Shown here: piece after piece, positions 35,502 through 45,711 of the stretch
How positions within the stretch are numbered: position 1 is the stretch's first letter
How the letters are laid out: every line of letters starts with the position of its first letter
Sequence record: OQ031495
From: Escherichia phage MRostami-2023e
DNA: 64,000 bases
Reading direction: 5' to 3' (one strand)
The notes under the pieces: generated by a model
Told to the model about the DNA's origin: nothing
Databases searched by the model: none
Seen by the model: only the letters and a program-made list of their open reading frames with translations
Made by a program: the position numbers and the translations under genes

Positions 35502-36521
35502 ATGAAAATTTTGCACTTAGGCGATTGGCATTTAGGTGTTAAAGCCGATGATGAGTGGGTTCAATCTATTCAGCTGGATGGAATTAAACAAGCAATAGAA
35601 TATTCTAAGAAAAACGGAATTACTGTATGGATTCAATACGGCGATATTTTTGATGTGCGAAAAGCAATCACACATAAAACTATGGAGTTCGCTCGTGAAA
35701 TAGTTCAAATGCTTGATGATGCTGGTATTACCCTACATACTGTTGTAGGAAACCATGATATGCACTTTAAAAATACTTTAACTCCAAATGCTTCTACTGA
35801 GCTTTTGGCTAAATATCCTAATGTTAAAGTATATGATAAGCCAACTACTGTAGATTTTGACGGATGTCTGATTGATATCGTTCCATGGATGTGTGAAGAA
35901 AATACAGGTGAAATCTTAGAGCACATCAAGACTTCTTCCGCAGCGTATTGTGTTGGTCACTGGGAACTGAATGGCTTTTATTTCTATAAAGGAATGAAGT
36001 CTCATGGGCTTGAACCTGATTTCTTAAAGACTTATAAACAAGTCTGGTCTGGCCACTTCCACACAATCTCTGAAGCTGCTAACGTCAAATATATTGGGAC
36101 ACCATGGACCCTTACTGCAGGTGATGAGAACGATCCGCGCGGATTCTGGGTATTTGACACTGATGTTGAACGTATGGAATTTATTCCTAATGAAACAACA
36201 TGGCATCGACGAATCACTTATCCGTTTAAAGGCAAAATTAATTATTCTGATTATACTAATCTAGCCGTACGTGTTATAGTATCAGAAATTGATTCAGAGT
36301 TGACTAAGTTTGAATCTGAACTTGAAAAAGTAGTTCACTCTCTTCGTATGGTTTCTAAAGTTGATAACAGTGTTGAATCTGATGACGACCAGGAAATCGA
36401 GATTAAATCACTTCAAGATATCATTAAAGAATATATTGACGCGATTCCAGATATCTCAGACGAAGACAGAGAAGCGCTGGTCAAATATTCCAACGAACTT
36501 TATATTGAGGCAACACAATGA
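35502..36521 (+). CDS. 47: recombination endonuclease subunit gp47 (Mre11-like)
   Basis: MKILHLGDWHLG phosphoesterase motif I, GNHD motif; 339 aa as T4 gp47. Confidence 0.9.
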   Translation: MKILHLGDWHLGVKADDEWVQSIQLDGIKQAIEYSKKNGITVWIQYGDIFDVRKAITHKTMEFAREIVQMLDDAGITLHTVVGNHDMHFKNTLTPNASTELLAKYPNVKVYDKPTTVDFDGCLIDIVPWMCEENTGEILEHIKTSSAAYCVGHWELNGFYFYKGMKSHGLEPDFLKTYKQVWSGHFHTISEAANVKYIGTPWTLTAGDENDPRGFWVFDTDVERMEFIPNETTWHRRITYPFKGKINYSDYTNLAVRVIVSEIDSELTKFESELEKVVHSLRMVSKVDNSVESDDDQEIEIKSLQDIIKEYIDAIPDISDEDREALVKYSNELYIEATQ

Positions 36522-36775
36522 CTTTAGATGAATTTAACAATGCTGGACTCAACCTTGAAGTTGAAATTGACGTTAAAGATGATGATGGATTCGAGAACAC
36601 TATCAAGTATTGGATTGAGCCATTACGCGTTGAAGGCAATGAAGTTAAAGCAGTTAATGTCTGCACCGACTGGGCTATTGAATTTAGCTTTAATATAATG
36701 GACAACGATACTCCTGGCTCTATTCTTAAAATGGCTGAAGCGTGTATTGAGGATGCGTATAATGACGAAGACTGA
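36518..36775 (+). CDS. hypothetical acidic protein (85 aa)
   Basis: ATGA-coupled. Confidence 0.5.
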   Translation: MTLDEFNNAGLNLEVEIDVKDDDGFENTIKYWIEPLRVEGNEVKAVNVCTDWAIEFSFNIMDNDTPGSILKMAEACIEDAYNDED

Positions 36776-37001
36776 TTATGAAATCCATCGTCATGAATTT
36801 AGTATTGGTGACGGTTATATTGGTATCGTTGAATGGACCGAGAATTACGAGGAATCAACTCCTCGTTTCTTTGGAACAATGTATGTTACCTGTGAGTACG
36901 CCCCAGGTGTTGTTATGTATGCAGAACTAGATGAATATTTTGCTGATAGGGATGACATGTTAAAATATGTAGAGGACTTCATTCGAAGAGAATACATATG
37001 A
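36762..37001 (+). CDS. hypothetical protein (79 aa)
   Basis: ORF coupled into gene 46. Confidence 0.45.
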   Translation: MTKTDYEIHRHEFSIGDGYIGIVEWTENYEESTPRFFGTMYVTCEYAPGVVMYAELDEYFADRDDMLKYVEDFIRREYI

Positions 37002-38686
37002 AATCATTTAAATTAAATCGTGTTCGTTATCAAAATATCATGTCGGTAGGTGGGAATCCTATTGATATCCAATTAGATAAAGTCCAAAAGACATTAATCA
37101 CTGGTAAAAATGGTGGTGGTAAATCTACGATGTTAGAAGCCATCACTTTTGGACTTTTCGGTAAACCATTTCGTGATGTTAAGAAAGGACAAATCATTAA
37201 TAGCACGAACAAGAAAGAGCTCTTAGTTGAGCTTTGGATGGAATTCGATGATAAAAAATACTTCATTAGACGTGGCCAAAAGCCCAATATTTTCGAAATC
37301 TCCGTTGACGGTGTTCGTCTCGATGAATCTGCCAGCAGTCGTGACTTCCAAGAAGAATTTGAACGTAGCATCGGAATGTCATACGCGTCTTTTAAACAGA
37401 TCGTTGTGCTTGGGACGGCAGGGTATACCCCTTTCATGGCTCTTAGCACCCCTGCTCGTAGAAAACTTGTCGAAGACCTTTTAGAAGTCGGCACACTCGC
37501 TGAAATGGATAAAATCAATAAGTCTCAAGTTCGAGAACTTAATTCCCAGGGACAAGTTCTCGATGCCAAGAAAGATGGTGTTATCCAACAAATTAAGATT
37601 TATAACGAGAATATCGAACGTCAAAAGAAATTATCTGGTGATAATGTAGCGCGTCTACAGAATATGTATGACGACCTAGCCAAAGAAGCTCGTTCATTAA
37701 AAGCAGAAATCGAAGAAGCTAATGAGCGACTACTTAATATCGTTCTTGATGAAGACCCTACTGAGGCATTCAACAAGATCGGACAAGAAGCATTCTTGAT
37801 TAAATCTAAAATCGACTCATATAACAAAGTTATTAAGATGTATCATGATGGTGGTACATGTCCTACTTGTGCATCACAGTTGCACCAGGGTGATCCTATT
37901 GTCTCTAAGATTACCGATAAGCTTCACGAATGTAATCACTCATTCGAGCAACTTACATGTCACAGAGATAACCTGAGTGTCCTAGTGGACGAATATAGAG
38001 CTAATGTTAAGACTAAACAGGACCTTGCATCTGATATTCGTACCAAGAAACAAGCAATGATTGCCACTATTGATAAAGCTAAGAAAGTTAAAGCTGCAAT
38101 AGAACAAGCCTCGGCGGAATTTATCGACCATGCCGATGAGATAGCTTTGCTTCAAAAAGAACTTGATAAAATCATTAAAACAAAATCGGATATCGTTCTT
38201 GAAAAATACCATCGTGGTATTATCACAGATATGTTAAAAGATTCTGGTATTAAAGGTGCTATCATTAAAAAATATGTGCCTTTGTTCAATAAGCAGATTA
38301 ACCAGTATCTTAAAATCATGGAAGCTGATTACGTGTTTTCTATTGATGAAGAATTCAATGAATCTATAAAATCACGTGGTCGTGAAGATTTTAGTTATGC
38401 TTCATTTAGTCAAGGTGAAAAGGCACGTATCGATATCGCATTGTTGTTTACATGGCGAGATATTGCTGAAAAGGTTTCTGGTGTTAAAATCAACACGTTG
38501 ATTCTTGATGAGGTTTTTGATGGTGCTGTCGATTCTGAGGCTGTTAAGGCTATAGATACCATTCTTGGAAGTTTACAAAATACTAATGTGTTCATTATCT
38601 CTCATCGAGACCATGACCCTCAACGTTATGGACAACATCTTCAGATGAGCAAAGTTGGACGATTTACGGTAATGACTGTTTCATAA
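36998..38686 (+). CDS. 46: recombination endonuclease subunit gp46 (Rad50/SbcC-like ATPase)
   Basis: Walker A GKNGGGKST, central coiled coil with CPTC zinc hook, C-terminal signature/Walker B LILDEVFD; 562 aa. Confidence 0.9.
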   Translation: MKSFKLNRVRYQNIMSVGGNPIDIQLDKVQKTLITGKNGGGKSTMLEAITFGLFGKPFRDVKKGQIINSTNKKELLVELWMEFDDKKYFIRRGQKPNIFEISVDGVRLDESASSRDFQEEFERSIGMSYASFKQIVVLGTAGYTPFMALSTPARRKLVEDLLEVGTLAEMDKINKSQVRELNSQGQVLDAKKDGVIQQIKIYNENIERQKKLSGDNVARLQNMYDDLAKEARSLKAEIEEANERLLNIVLDEDPTEAFNKIGQEAFLIKSKIDSYNKVIKMYHDGGTCPTCASQLHQGDPIVSKITDKLHECNHSFEQLTCHRDNLSVLVDEYRANVKTKQDLASDIRTKKQAMIATIDKAKKVKAAIEQASAEFIDHADEIALLQKELDKIIKTKSDIVLEKYHRGIITDMLKDSGIKGAIIKKYVPLFNKQINQYLKIMEADYVFSIDEEFNESIKSRGREDFSYASFSQGEKARIDIALLFTWRDIAEKVSGVKINTLILDEVFDGAVDSEAVKAIDTILGSLQNTNVFIISHRDHDPQRYGQHLQMSKVGRFTVMTVS

Positions 38687-38721
38687 ACGCTTTAACACGA
38701 TGTGGTTATAATGACCACATC
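38685..38721 (+). promoter_or_regulatory. middle (MotA-box-like) promoter candidate with hairpin around the -10
   Basis: aaaCGCTTTA box, TATAAT at about 38707-38712 inside 8-bp inverted repeat gatgtggt/accacatc. Confidence 0.4.
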
Positions 38722-38740
38722 AAATTAAATGGAGAACAAC

Positions 38741-38929
38741 ATGGAGTATTCAACCGGTCAACATCTTCTCGTTGTCCCTGAAATTAAAAAATATGTTTTG
38801 ACCAATACGTTTTCAGGTGAAGAACATATTGTTACTGAACAAATGCTCAAATCTGCTTTTAAAGATGAGTATAATAAAATAATGTCTAATCGCAATTCCG
38901 CATGGACAGTTACCGACTTCTACGAATAA
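38741..38929 (+). CDS. hypothetical protein (62 aa; position of T4 45.2)
   Basis: GGAG Shine-Dalgarno plus ATG. Confidence 0.45.
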   Translation: MEYSTGQHLLVVPEIKKYVLTNTFSGEEHIVTEQMLKSAFKDEYNKIMSNRNSAWTVTDFYE

Positions 38930-38941
38930 GAGAGAAATAAT

Positions 38942-39358
38942 ATGTTTACTACTGCTAAAGGTTTCACTGCTGCTGATCTGAAAGTTACTTCTATCCGTAC
39001 TGACGCTAACCCACATAACCATAATCGTGTTCGTAAAGCATGGGTCCTGCATTGTGATGACGCAAGTGCTAAAAAACTCCAATCTTTGCCACAAGAAACT
39101 CGTTTTATGATTTATGGTTTTATTGATAACGATGTATCTGATATGTGGATTCATCTGATGCGTAAGCATTATAAAGATTCTATTGAAGCTGGCGGAAAAA
39201 TCGTTCTTGATAAAGACGGTTCTGAGCGTCTTGAAGATTTCTACTGTGTTGATGCCGACGAACAACTAATTGCAGCTGGTGAAATTGTTGCTTCTAAAAT
39301 TCCAGAATATATTGAATCACTGCCTGAAGCTATTAAAAAGCAGATGGTTGCTGCATAA
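38942..39358 (+). CDS. hypothetical protein in rpbA position (RNA polymerase-binding protein candidate)
   Basis: Positional between 46 and 45; sequence not verified against RpbA. Confidence 0.4.
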   Translation: MFTTAKGFTAADLKVTSIRTDANPHNHNRVRKAWVLHCDDASAKKLQSLPQETRFMIYGFIDNDVSDMWIHLMRKHYKDSIEAGGKIVLDKDGSERLEDFYCVDADEQLIAAGEIVASKIPEYIESLPEAIKKQMVAA

Positions 39359-39400
39359 TAAATTTGTTATAAACTTTGAATTGTCTTGAAAGGAAATAAA

Positions 39401-40087
39401 ATGAAACTGTCTAAAGATACTATCGCTATTCTGAAAAACTTTGCCTCTATTAACTCCGGCATTCTGCTGAGTCAAGGTAAATTTATTATGACTCGTGCAG
39501 TTAATGGCACCACTTATGCGGAAGCAAATATCTCTGATGAAATTGATTTTGACGTAGCACTTTATGATTTGAATAGCTTCTTAAGCATTTTGAGTCTAGT
39601 GTCTGATGATGCTGAAATTTCAATGCACACTGATGGCAACATTAAAATTGCAGATACACGTTCCACAGTTTATTGGCCTGCCGCTGACAAGAGCACCATT
39701 GTTTTTCCTAATAAGCCAATTCAATTCCCAGTGGCTTCTGTGATTACTGAAATTAAAGCTGAAGACCTTCAACAATTGCTTCGAGTTTCACGTGGTCTTC
39801 AGATTGATACAATTGCTATTACAAATAAAGATGGTAAAATTGTTATCAACGGTTACAATAAAGTTGAAGATTCTGGCTTGACTCGTCCTAAGTATTCTTT
39901 GACTCTTACTGATTATGATGGTTCTAACAACTTTAACTTCGTAATCAATATGGCTAATATGAAAATCCAGCCAGGTAACTATAAAGTAATGTTGTGGGGA
40001 GCTGGTGATAAAGTTGCAGCTAAGTTTGAAAGCTCTCAAGTGAGTTATGTTATTGCGATGGAAGCCGATTCTACTCACGACTTCTAA
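39401..40087 (+). CDS. 45: sliding clamp gp45
   Basis: MKLSKDTIAILKNFASINSGILL...; 228 aa as T4 gp45. Confidence 0.95.
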   Translation: MKLSKDTIAILKNFASINSGILLSQGKFIMTRAVNGTTYAEANISDEIDFDVALYDLNSFLSILSLVSDDAEISMHTDGNIKIADTRSTVYWPAADKSTIVFPNKPIQFPVASVITEIKAEDLQQLLRVSRGLQIDTIAITNKDGKIVINGYNKVEDSGLTRPKYSLTLTDYDGSNNFNFVINMANMKIQPGNYKVMLWGAGDKVAAKFESSQVSYVIAMEADSTHDF

Positions 40088-40162
40088 GTCAAAGCTTTAC
40101 GTTTAATGTAGTACGATTATGGAGGAGAAATCCTCCAGTTTAATGATAATGAGGAAAATTAC

Positions 40163-41125
40163 ATGATTACTATCAATTCCAAAGAACACATTCTAGAACA
40201 GAAATATCGTCCTTCTTCCATTGACGAATGTATTCTGCCTGCGTATGACCATGAAACATTCAAGTCTTTAGTATCTAAAGGAAAACTTCCTCATATTATT
40301 TTGCACTCTCCTTCTCCTGGCACCGGTAAAACAACCGTAGCAAAAGCATTATGTAACGATATCAACGCTGAAATGATGTTCGTCAACGGTTCTGATTGTA
40401 AAATTGATTTTGTACGCGGTCCGTTAACTGCATTCGCTCGTTCAGTCTCAATGGAAGGCAAGCCGAAAGTTATCGTTATCGATGAATTTGACCGTAGTGG
40501 CCTCGCCGAATCACAACGTCACCTTCGTACGTTTATGGAAGAATTCTCTAGTAACTGTTCTATTATTATTACTGCCAACAACATCGATGGAATTATCGAA
40601 CCGTTACGTAGTCGTTGTCGAGTTATCGAATTCGGACGTCCAACCGAAGAAGATAAAATCTCGATGATGAAGAAAATGATTCATCGTATGGTTGAAATCT
40701 GTAAGAATGAAAATATCGAAATCGCTGATATGAAAGTTGTTGCAGCTCTGGTTAAAAAGAACTTCCCGGACTTTCGTCGTACAATTGGTCAATTAGACCA
40801 GTACTCGTCTAAAGGTGTTCTTGATGCAGGTATTTTGTCTATCGTAACTAATGACCGTGGCACAGTCTCTGATGTTATCGAAGCAATGAAGAACAAAGAT
40901 ATCAAACAACTTCGTGCATTAGCTCCAAAATACGCCGCAGATTATTCATGGTTCATCGATAAATTAGTTTCAGAATGTTATGACCAAGTTGCACCTGGTA
41001 AAAGTATTATTTCGCTTTACGAAATTGCAGGCGAAAATAATAAGTTTCATGGACTAGCAAGTAATATTGAATTACATGTTATGTATATGCTTCTTCAACT
41101 GACCTGCGAACTGACTTGGAAATAA
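40163..41125 (+). CDS. 44: clamp loader large subunit gp44 (AAA+)
   Basis: Walker [15 protein letters not shown] Walker B, SRC motif; 320 aa. Confidence 0.95.
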   Translation: MITINSKEHILEQKYRPSSIDECILPAYDHETFKSLVSKGKLPHIILHSPSPGTGKTTVAKALCNDINAEMMFVNGSDCKIDFVRGPLTAFARSVSMEGKPKVIVIDEFDRSGLAESQRHLRTFMEEFSSNCSIIITANNIDGIIEPLRSRCRVIEFGRPTEEDKISMMKKMIHRMVEICKNENIEIADMKVVAALVKKNFPDFRRTIGQLDQYSSKGVLDAGILSIVTNDRGTVSDVIEAMKNKDIKQLRALAPKYAADYSWFIDKLVSECYDQVAPGKSIISLYEIAGENNKFHGLASNIELHVMYMLLQLTCELTWK

Positions 41126-41126
41126 T

Positions 41127-41690
41127 ATGAACTTATTTGATGATGACGTCCAACTTAACGAGCACCAAATCGCATGGAAGTCTAATGACGCTGATGCGAT
41201 TCAAAAATGTGCTGACATGTTTAAAGAAAAACCTGAGAATGAATTCTTTAAAATCATTAATGCTATTAATGAAAAGAAATCTGTGTCAATTGCTCAGGTC
41301 GACTACTCAAAATTTATGGTTGAGAACTCATTATCCCAGTTCCCGGAATGTATGCCAGCTGTTTACATGATGAACTTAGTCGGTTCTGAATTAAGTGATG
41401 AAGCGCACTTCAACTATATGATGGCGGCAATTCCACGTGGCCGACGATTCTCTAAATGGGCTAAACTAGTCGAAGACACTTCAGAGTTACTAGTTATCAA
41501 ACTGTTGATGAAACGTTACACAATCAACATGAATGATGCTACCGAGTATAAGCGGCTCCTTGAAAAAAATAACAAGCTGCCAATAGTCCTTAAAGAACTG
41601 AAGGCCATGGTCACTGATGAGTTTCTCAAAGAAGTTACAAAAAATGTGAAAGAACAAAAACAATTTAAAAAATTAGCATTGGAATGGTAA
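41127..41690 (+). CDS. 62: clamp loader small subunit gp62
   Basis: 187 aa, position between 44 and regA. Confidence 0.85.
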   Translation: MNLFDDDVQLNEHQIAWKSNDADAIQKCADMFKEKPENEFFKIINAINEKKSVSIAQVDYSKFMVENSLSQFPECMPAVYMMNLVGSELSDEAHFNYMMAAIPRGRRFSKWAKLVEDTSELLVIKLLMKRYTINMNDATEYKRLLEKNNKLPIVLKELKAMVTDEFLKEVTKNVKEQKQFKKLALEW

Positions 41691-41692
41691 AA

Positions 41693-42061
41693 ATGATCGA
41701 AATTAAATTGAAGAACCCCGAAGATTTTCTTAAAGTCAAAGAGACTCTGACCCGTATGGGCATCGCTAATAACAAGGATAAAGTTCTTTATCAGTCCTGT
41801 CATATCCTCCAAAAGCAAGGTAAATATTACATCGTCCACTTTAAAGAAATGTTGCGTATGGACGGGCGTCAAGTTGATATTGATGGTGAAGACTACCAAC
41901 GACGTGATTCGATTGCCCAGTTGCTTGAAGACTGGGGATTGATTGTTATTGAAGACTCTGCTCGTGAAGATCTGTTTGGCCTGACTAATAACTTCCGAGT
42001 TATCTCTTTTAAACAGAAAGATGACTGGACTTTGAAAGCAAAATATACAATTGGTAATTAA
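41693..42061 (+). CDS. regA: translational repressor RegA
   Basis: MIEIKLK.PEDFLKVKETLTRMGIANNKDKVLYQSCHILQK.G.YYIVHFKEMLRMDGRQV matches remembered T4 RegA; 122 aa. Confidence 0.95.
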   Translation: MIEIKLKNPEDFLKVKETLTRMGIANNKDKVLYQSCHILQKQGKYYIVHFKEMLRMDGRQVDIDGEDYQRRDSIAQLLEDWGLIVIEDSAREDLFGLTNNFRVISFKQKDDWTLKAKYTIGN

Positions 42062-42066
42062 AGCAA

Positions 42067-42086
42067 TGGGACTTCGGTCCCATTTG
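42067..42086 (+). terminator. rho-independent terminator (UUCG tetraloop)
   Basis: tgggac-ttcg-gtccca then ttt. Confidence 0.6.
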
Positions 42087-42142
42087 GAGTATAATAAGTT
42101 CATCAACAAACAAAAGACAATAACTCGTCTAAAGGAAATTAA

Positions 42143-44854
42143 ATGAAAGAATTTTACTTAACGGTTGAACAGATTGGTGATTCAATTTTTGAACGTTACA
42201 TCGATTCTAATGGCCGTGAACGTACTCGTGAAGTAGAATATAAACCATCACTGTTTGCTCATTGTCCAGAAAGTCAGGCTACGAAATATTTCGATATCTA
42301 CGGTAAGCCGTGTACTCGTAAGTTGTTCGCCAATATGCGTGATGCCTCCCAATGGATTAAACGCATGGAAGATATCGGACTTGAAGCACTTGGCATGGAC
42401 GATTTCAAATTGGCGTATTTGTCTGACACTTATAACTATGAAATCAAATACGACCATACAAAAATTCGTGTGGCTAACTTCGACATCGAAGTAACATCTC
42501 CGGATGGGTTCCCTGAGCCTTCACAAGCAAAACATCCTATTGATGCTATCACCCATTATGACTCAATTGACGACAGGTTCTACGTATTTGATCTATTGAA
42601 TTCTCCATATGGTAATGTAGAAGAATGGTCTATTGAAATCGCTGCTAAGCTTCAAGAACAAGGCGGTGATGAAGTTCCATCTGAAATTATCGATAAAATC
42701 ATTTATATGCCGTTCGATAACGAAAAAGAATTGTTGATGGAATATCTCAACTTCTGGCAACAGAAAACTCCTGTCATTTTGACTGGATGGAACGTTGAGT
42801 CATTTGATATTCCATATGTGTATAACAGAATCAAGAATATTTTTGGCGAATCTACTGCGAAACGGTTGTCACCACATCGTAAAACTCGTGTTAAAGTTAT
42901 CGAAAACATGTATGGTTCTCGTGAAATCATTACATTGTTCGGTATCTCTGTTCTTGATTACATTGACCTTTACAAAAAATTCTCTTTCACAAACCAACCG
43001 TCGTATTCTCTGGATTACATTTCAGAATTTGAATTGAACGTTGGTAAACTGAAATATGACGGCCCTATTTCTAAGCTTCGTGAAAGCAATCACCAACGAT
43101 ATATTTCTTATAACATTATCGACGTGTATCGTGTATTGCAAATTGATGCTAAGCGTCAGTTCATCAACTTGAGTTTAGACATGGGTTATTATGCTAAGAT
43201 ACAGATTCAATCTGTGTTTAGCCCAATTAAAACATGGGATGCTATTATTTTTAATAGCCTTAAAGAGCAGAACAAGGTGATTCCACAAGGTCGTTCGCAT
43301 CCAGTTCAACCTTACCCGGGTGCTTTTGTTAAGGAACCTATTCCAAATCGATACAAATATGTAATGAGTTTCGACCTTACATCTCTGTATCCAAGTATTA
43401 TTCGCCAAGTGAATATTAGCCCAGAAACAATAGCAGGAACGTTTAAAGTAGCTCCATTGCATGATTATATTAACGCTGTTGCTGAACGTCCTTCAGATGT
43501 GTACAGTTGCTCTCCTAACGGCATGATGTATTATAAAGACCGTGACGGTGTAGTTCCAACTGAAATCACTAAGGTCTTTAATCAACGTAAAGAACATAAA
43601 GGTTACATGCTTGCAGCTCAACGTAATGGTGAAATAATTAAAGAGGCATTGCATAATCCTAATCTTTCTGTTGACGAACCATTAGATGTTGATTATCGTT
43701 TCGACTTCAGCGATGAGATTAAAGAAAAGATTAAAAAGTTGTCTGCTAAATCTCTTAATGAAATGTTGTTTAGAGCTCAACGTACTGAAGTTGCAGGTAT
43801 GACTGCCCAAATTAACCGTAAATTGCTTATCAACTCACTTTATGGTGCACTTGGAAACGTTTGGTTCCGTTATTACGATTTGCGTAATGCAACTGCAATC
43901 ACAACATTTGGTCAAATGGCTTTACAGTGGATTGAACGTAAAGTTAATGAATATCTGAATGAAGTTTGTGGTACAGAAGGTGAAGCTTTCGTTCTTTATG
44001 GTGATACAGACTCTATTTACGTATCTGCTGATAAAATTATCGATAAGGTTGGTGAATCTAAATTCCGTGATACTAACCATTGGGTAGACTTCTTAGATAA
44101 GTTTGCACGTGAACGTATGGAACCAGCTATTGATAGAGGTTTCCGTGAAATGTGTGAATACATGAACAATAAACAACACTTAATGTTCATGGACCGAGAA
44201 GCTATCGCTGGTCCTCCACTCGGTTCTAAAGGTATTGGTGGATTCTGGACTGGTAAGAAACGTTATGCATTAAACGTGTGGGATATGGAAGGTACTCGTT
44301 ACGCTGAGCCTAAACTCAAAATCATGGGTCTAGAGACTCAGAAATCTTCGACCCCTAAAGCAGTACAGAAAGCTCTTAAAGAATGTATTCGTCGTATGCT
44401 TCAAGAAGGTGAAGAATCATTACAAGAATATTTTAAAGAGTTTGAAAAAGAATTCCGTCAATTGAATTATATTAGCATCGCGTCGGTATCTTCTGCGAAT
44501 AACATTGCTAAATATGACGTCGGTGGATTCCCTGGTCCCAAATGCCCGTTCCATATTCGTGGAATTCTGACGTATAACCGGGCTATCAAAGGTAATATCG
44601 ATGCGCCGCAAGTTGTAGAAGGTGAAAAAGTATATGTTCTGCCTTTACGTGAAGGAAACCCATTCGGTGATAAATGTATCGCATGGCCTTCTGGTACTGA
44701 AATCACAGATTTAATTAAAGACGACGTACTTCATTGGATGGACTACACTGTTCTCCTTGAGAAGACATTTATTAAACCACTTGAAGGATTCACATCAGCA
44801 GCGAAACTCGATTACGAGAAGAAAGCATCTCTGTTCGATATGTTCGATTTTTGA
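42143..44854 (+). CDS. 43: DNA polymerase gp43 (family B, RB69-type)
   Basis: 903 aa; exonuclease motifs FDIEV and YNIIDV; polymerase motifs DLTSLYPSI, KILINSLYG and YGDTDS. Confidence 0.97.
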   Translation: MKEFYLTVEQIGDSIFERYIDSNGRERTREVEYKPSLFAHCPESQATKYFDIYGKPCTRKLFANMRDASQWIKRMEDIGLEALGMDDFKLAYLSDTYNYEIKYDHTKIRVANFDIEVTSPDGFPEPSQAKHPIDAITHYDSIDDRFYVFDLLNSPYGNVEEWSIEIAAKLQEQGGDEVPSEIIDKIIYMPFDNEKELLMEYLNFWQQKTPVILTGWNVESFDIPYVYNRIKNIFGESTAKRLSPHRKTRVKVIENMYGSREIITLFGISVLDYIDLYKKFSFTNQPSYSLDYISEFELNVGKLKYDGPISKLRESNHQRYISYNIIDVYRVLQIDAKRQFINLSLDMGYYAKIQIQSVFSPIKTWDAIIFNSLKEQNKVIPQGRSHPVQPYPGAFVKEPIPNRYKYVMSFDLTSLYPSIIRQVNISPETIAGTFKVAPLHDYINAVAERPSDVYSCSPNGMMYYKDRDGVVPTEITKVFNQRKEHKGYMLAAQRNGEIIKEALHNPNLSVDEPLDVDYRFDFSDEIKEKIKKLSAKSLNEMLFRAQRTEVAGMTAQINRKLLINSLYGALGNVWFRYYDLRNATAITTFGQMALQWIERKVNEYLNEVCGTEGEAFVLYGDTDSIYVSADKIIDKVGESKFRDTNHWVDFLDKFARERMEPAIDRGFREMCEYMNNKQHLMFMDREAIAGPPLGSKGIGGFWTGKKRYALNVWDMEGTRYAEPKLKIMGLETQKSSTPKAVQKALKECIRRMLQEGEESLQEYFKEFEKEFRQLNYISIASVSSANNIAKYDVGGFPGPKCPFHIRGILTYNRAIKGNIDAPQVVEGEKVYVLPLREGNPFGDKCIAWPSGTEITDLIKDDVLHWMDYTVLLEKTFIKPLEGFTSAAKLDYEKKASLFDMFDF

Positions 44855-44894
44855 TATAATGCCATGGACGGTAAACTAATTAAATGAGAGAAAT

Positions 44895-45530
44895 ATGAAA
44901 ACTACTCCTATTACTATCGCTATTGACGCAATCATAAAACAAGCTTCTTCTTTGGCCGCTATGGCCAAAGTAATTAGTCAAAACCCTGCTCGTTATAATG
45001 CTATTCTAGAAACTCTTCGACGCCCTGGACTTAGTAATTATGAAAGCCGAGTAATTATTACAGGTGTTGGTAAGAATGCTAATATTGCAACTAAAGCGTC
45101 TGAGACATTTGCTTCACTCGGTATCCCGAGTATGTACTTGAACACTGGGCATTATTCTCACGGTGATGCAGGATTTATTGCGCCTAATGATGTGTTGATT
45201 CATATTAGTCGTTCTGGTAAAACTGAAGAAATGATAGGCGTGGCTAAGCATCTTAAAATGATTCGCCCGAACGTCAAACAGATTCTGTTGCATTGTAACC
45301 CAGACATTCCACAAGAATACGAAGCCCTTTTTGATTACTCTTTCTGTACAGGCATCGCGGTAGAAGTTGATGAGAATTCTCTGGCTCCGACTATGTCCAC
45401 TACATTGTTGTTAGCGCTTATCGATACGTTTGCTATCAACCTTTCGTCTGAACGTGGATTTACCTCTAATGACTTCCTTAAGTTCCACCCTGGCGGTGCA
45501 CTAGGTGCCATGTTACGAGGCGAACAATGA
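44895..45530 (+). CDS. SIS-domain sugar-phosphate isomerase, arabinose-5-phosphate isomerase (KdsD/GutQ)-like, no CBS domains
   Basis: ITGVGKNANIATKASETFASLGIPSMYLNTGHYSHGDAGFIAPNDVLIHISRSGKTEE resembles the KdsD SIS core (GxGKS...HGDxG...SxSG). Confidence 0.7.
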   Translation: MKTTPITIAIDAIIKQASSLAAMAKVISQNPARYNAILETLRRPGLSNYESRVIITGVGKNANIATKASETFASLGIPSMYLNTGHYSHGDAGFIAPNDVLIHISRSGKTEEMIGVAKHLKMIRPNVKQILLHCNPDIPQEYEALFDYSFCTGIAVEVDENSLAPTMSTTLLLALIDTFAINLSSERGFTSNDFLKFHPGGALGAMLRGEQ

Positions 45531-45670
45531 AAGCAATAACAATAGGACTTTTACTATTGATGCTTGTCATGACTATCTACTGGAGCTTAACGGCTCCAGT
45601 AATGATTCCAACACTTGTAATTGGATGGATTATGATTGGACTACAAGCAAAGTATGAATGCTTTAACTAG
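45527..45670 (+). CDS. small hydrophobic membrane peptide (47 aa)
   Basis: ATGA overlap with SIS gene stop; MKAITIGLLLLMLVMTIYWSL...; below the ORF-track size cutoff. Confidence 0.35.
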   Translation: MKAITIGLLLLMLVMTIYWSLTAPVMIPTLVIGWIMIGLQAKYECFN

Positions 45671-45711
45671 AATAGTGTACAATACTCCTACTTACCAATG
45701 AGGACCACAAC

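Noticed and set aside
37030-37518. Minus-strand 162-aa ORF inside gene 46 (also 38813-39265, 41516-42109, 62719-63198)
   Set aside because: Fully embedded antisense to well-supported conserved genes; typical shadow ORFs
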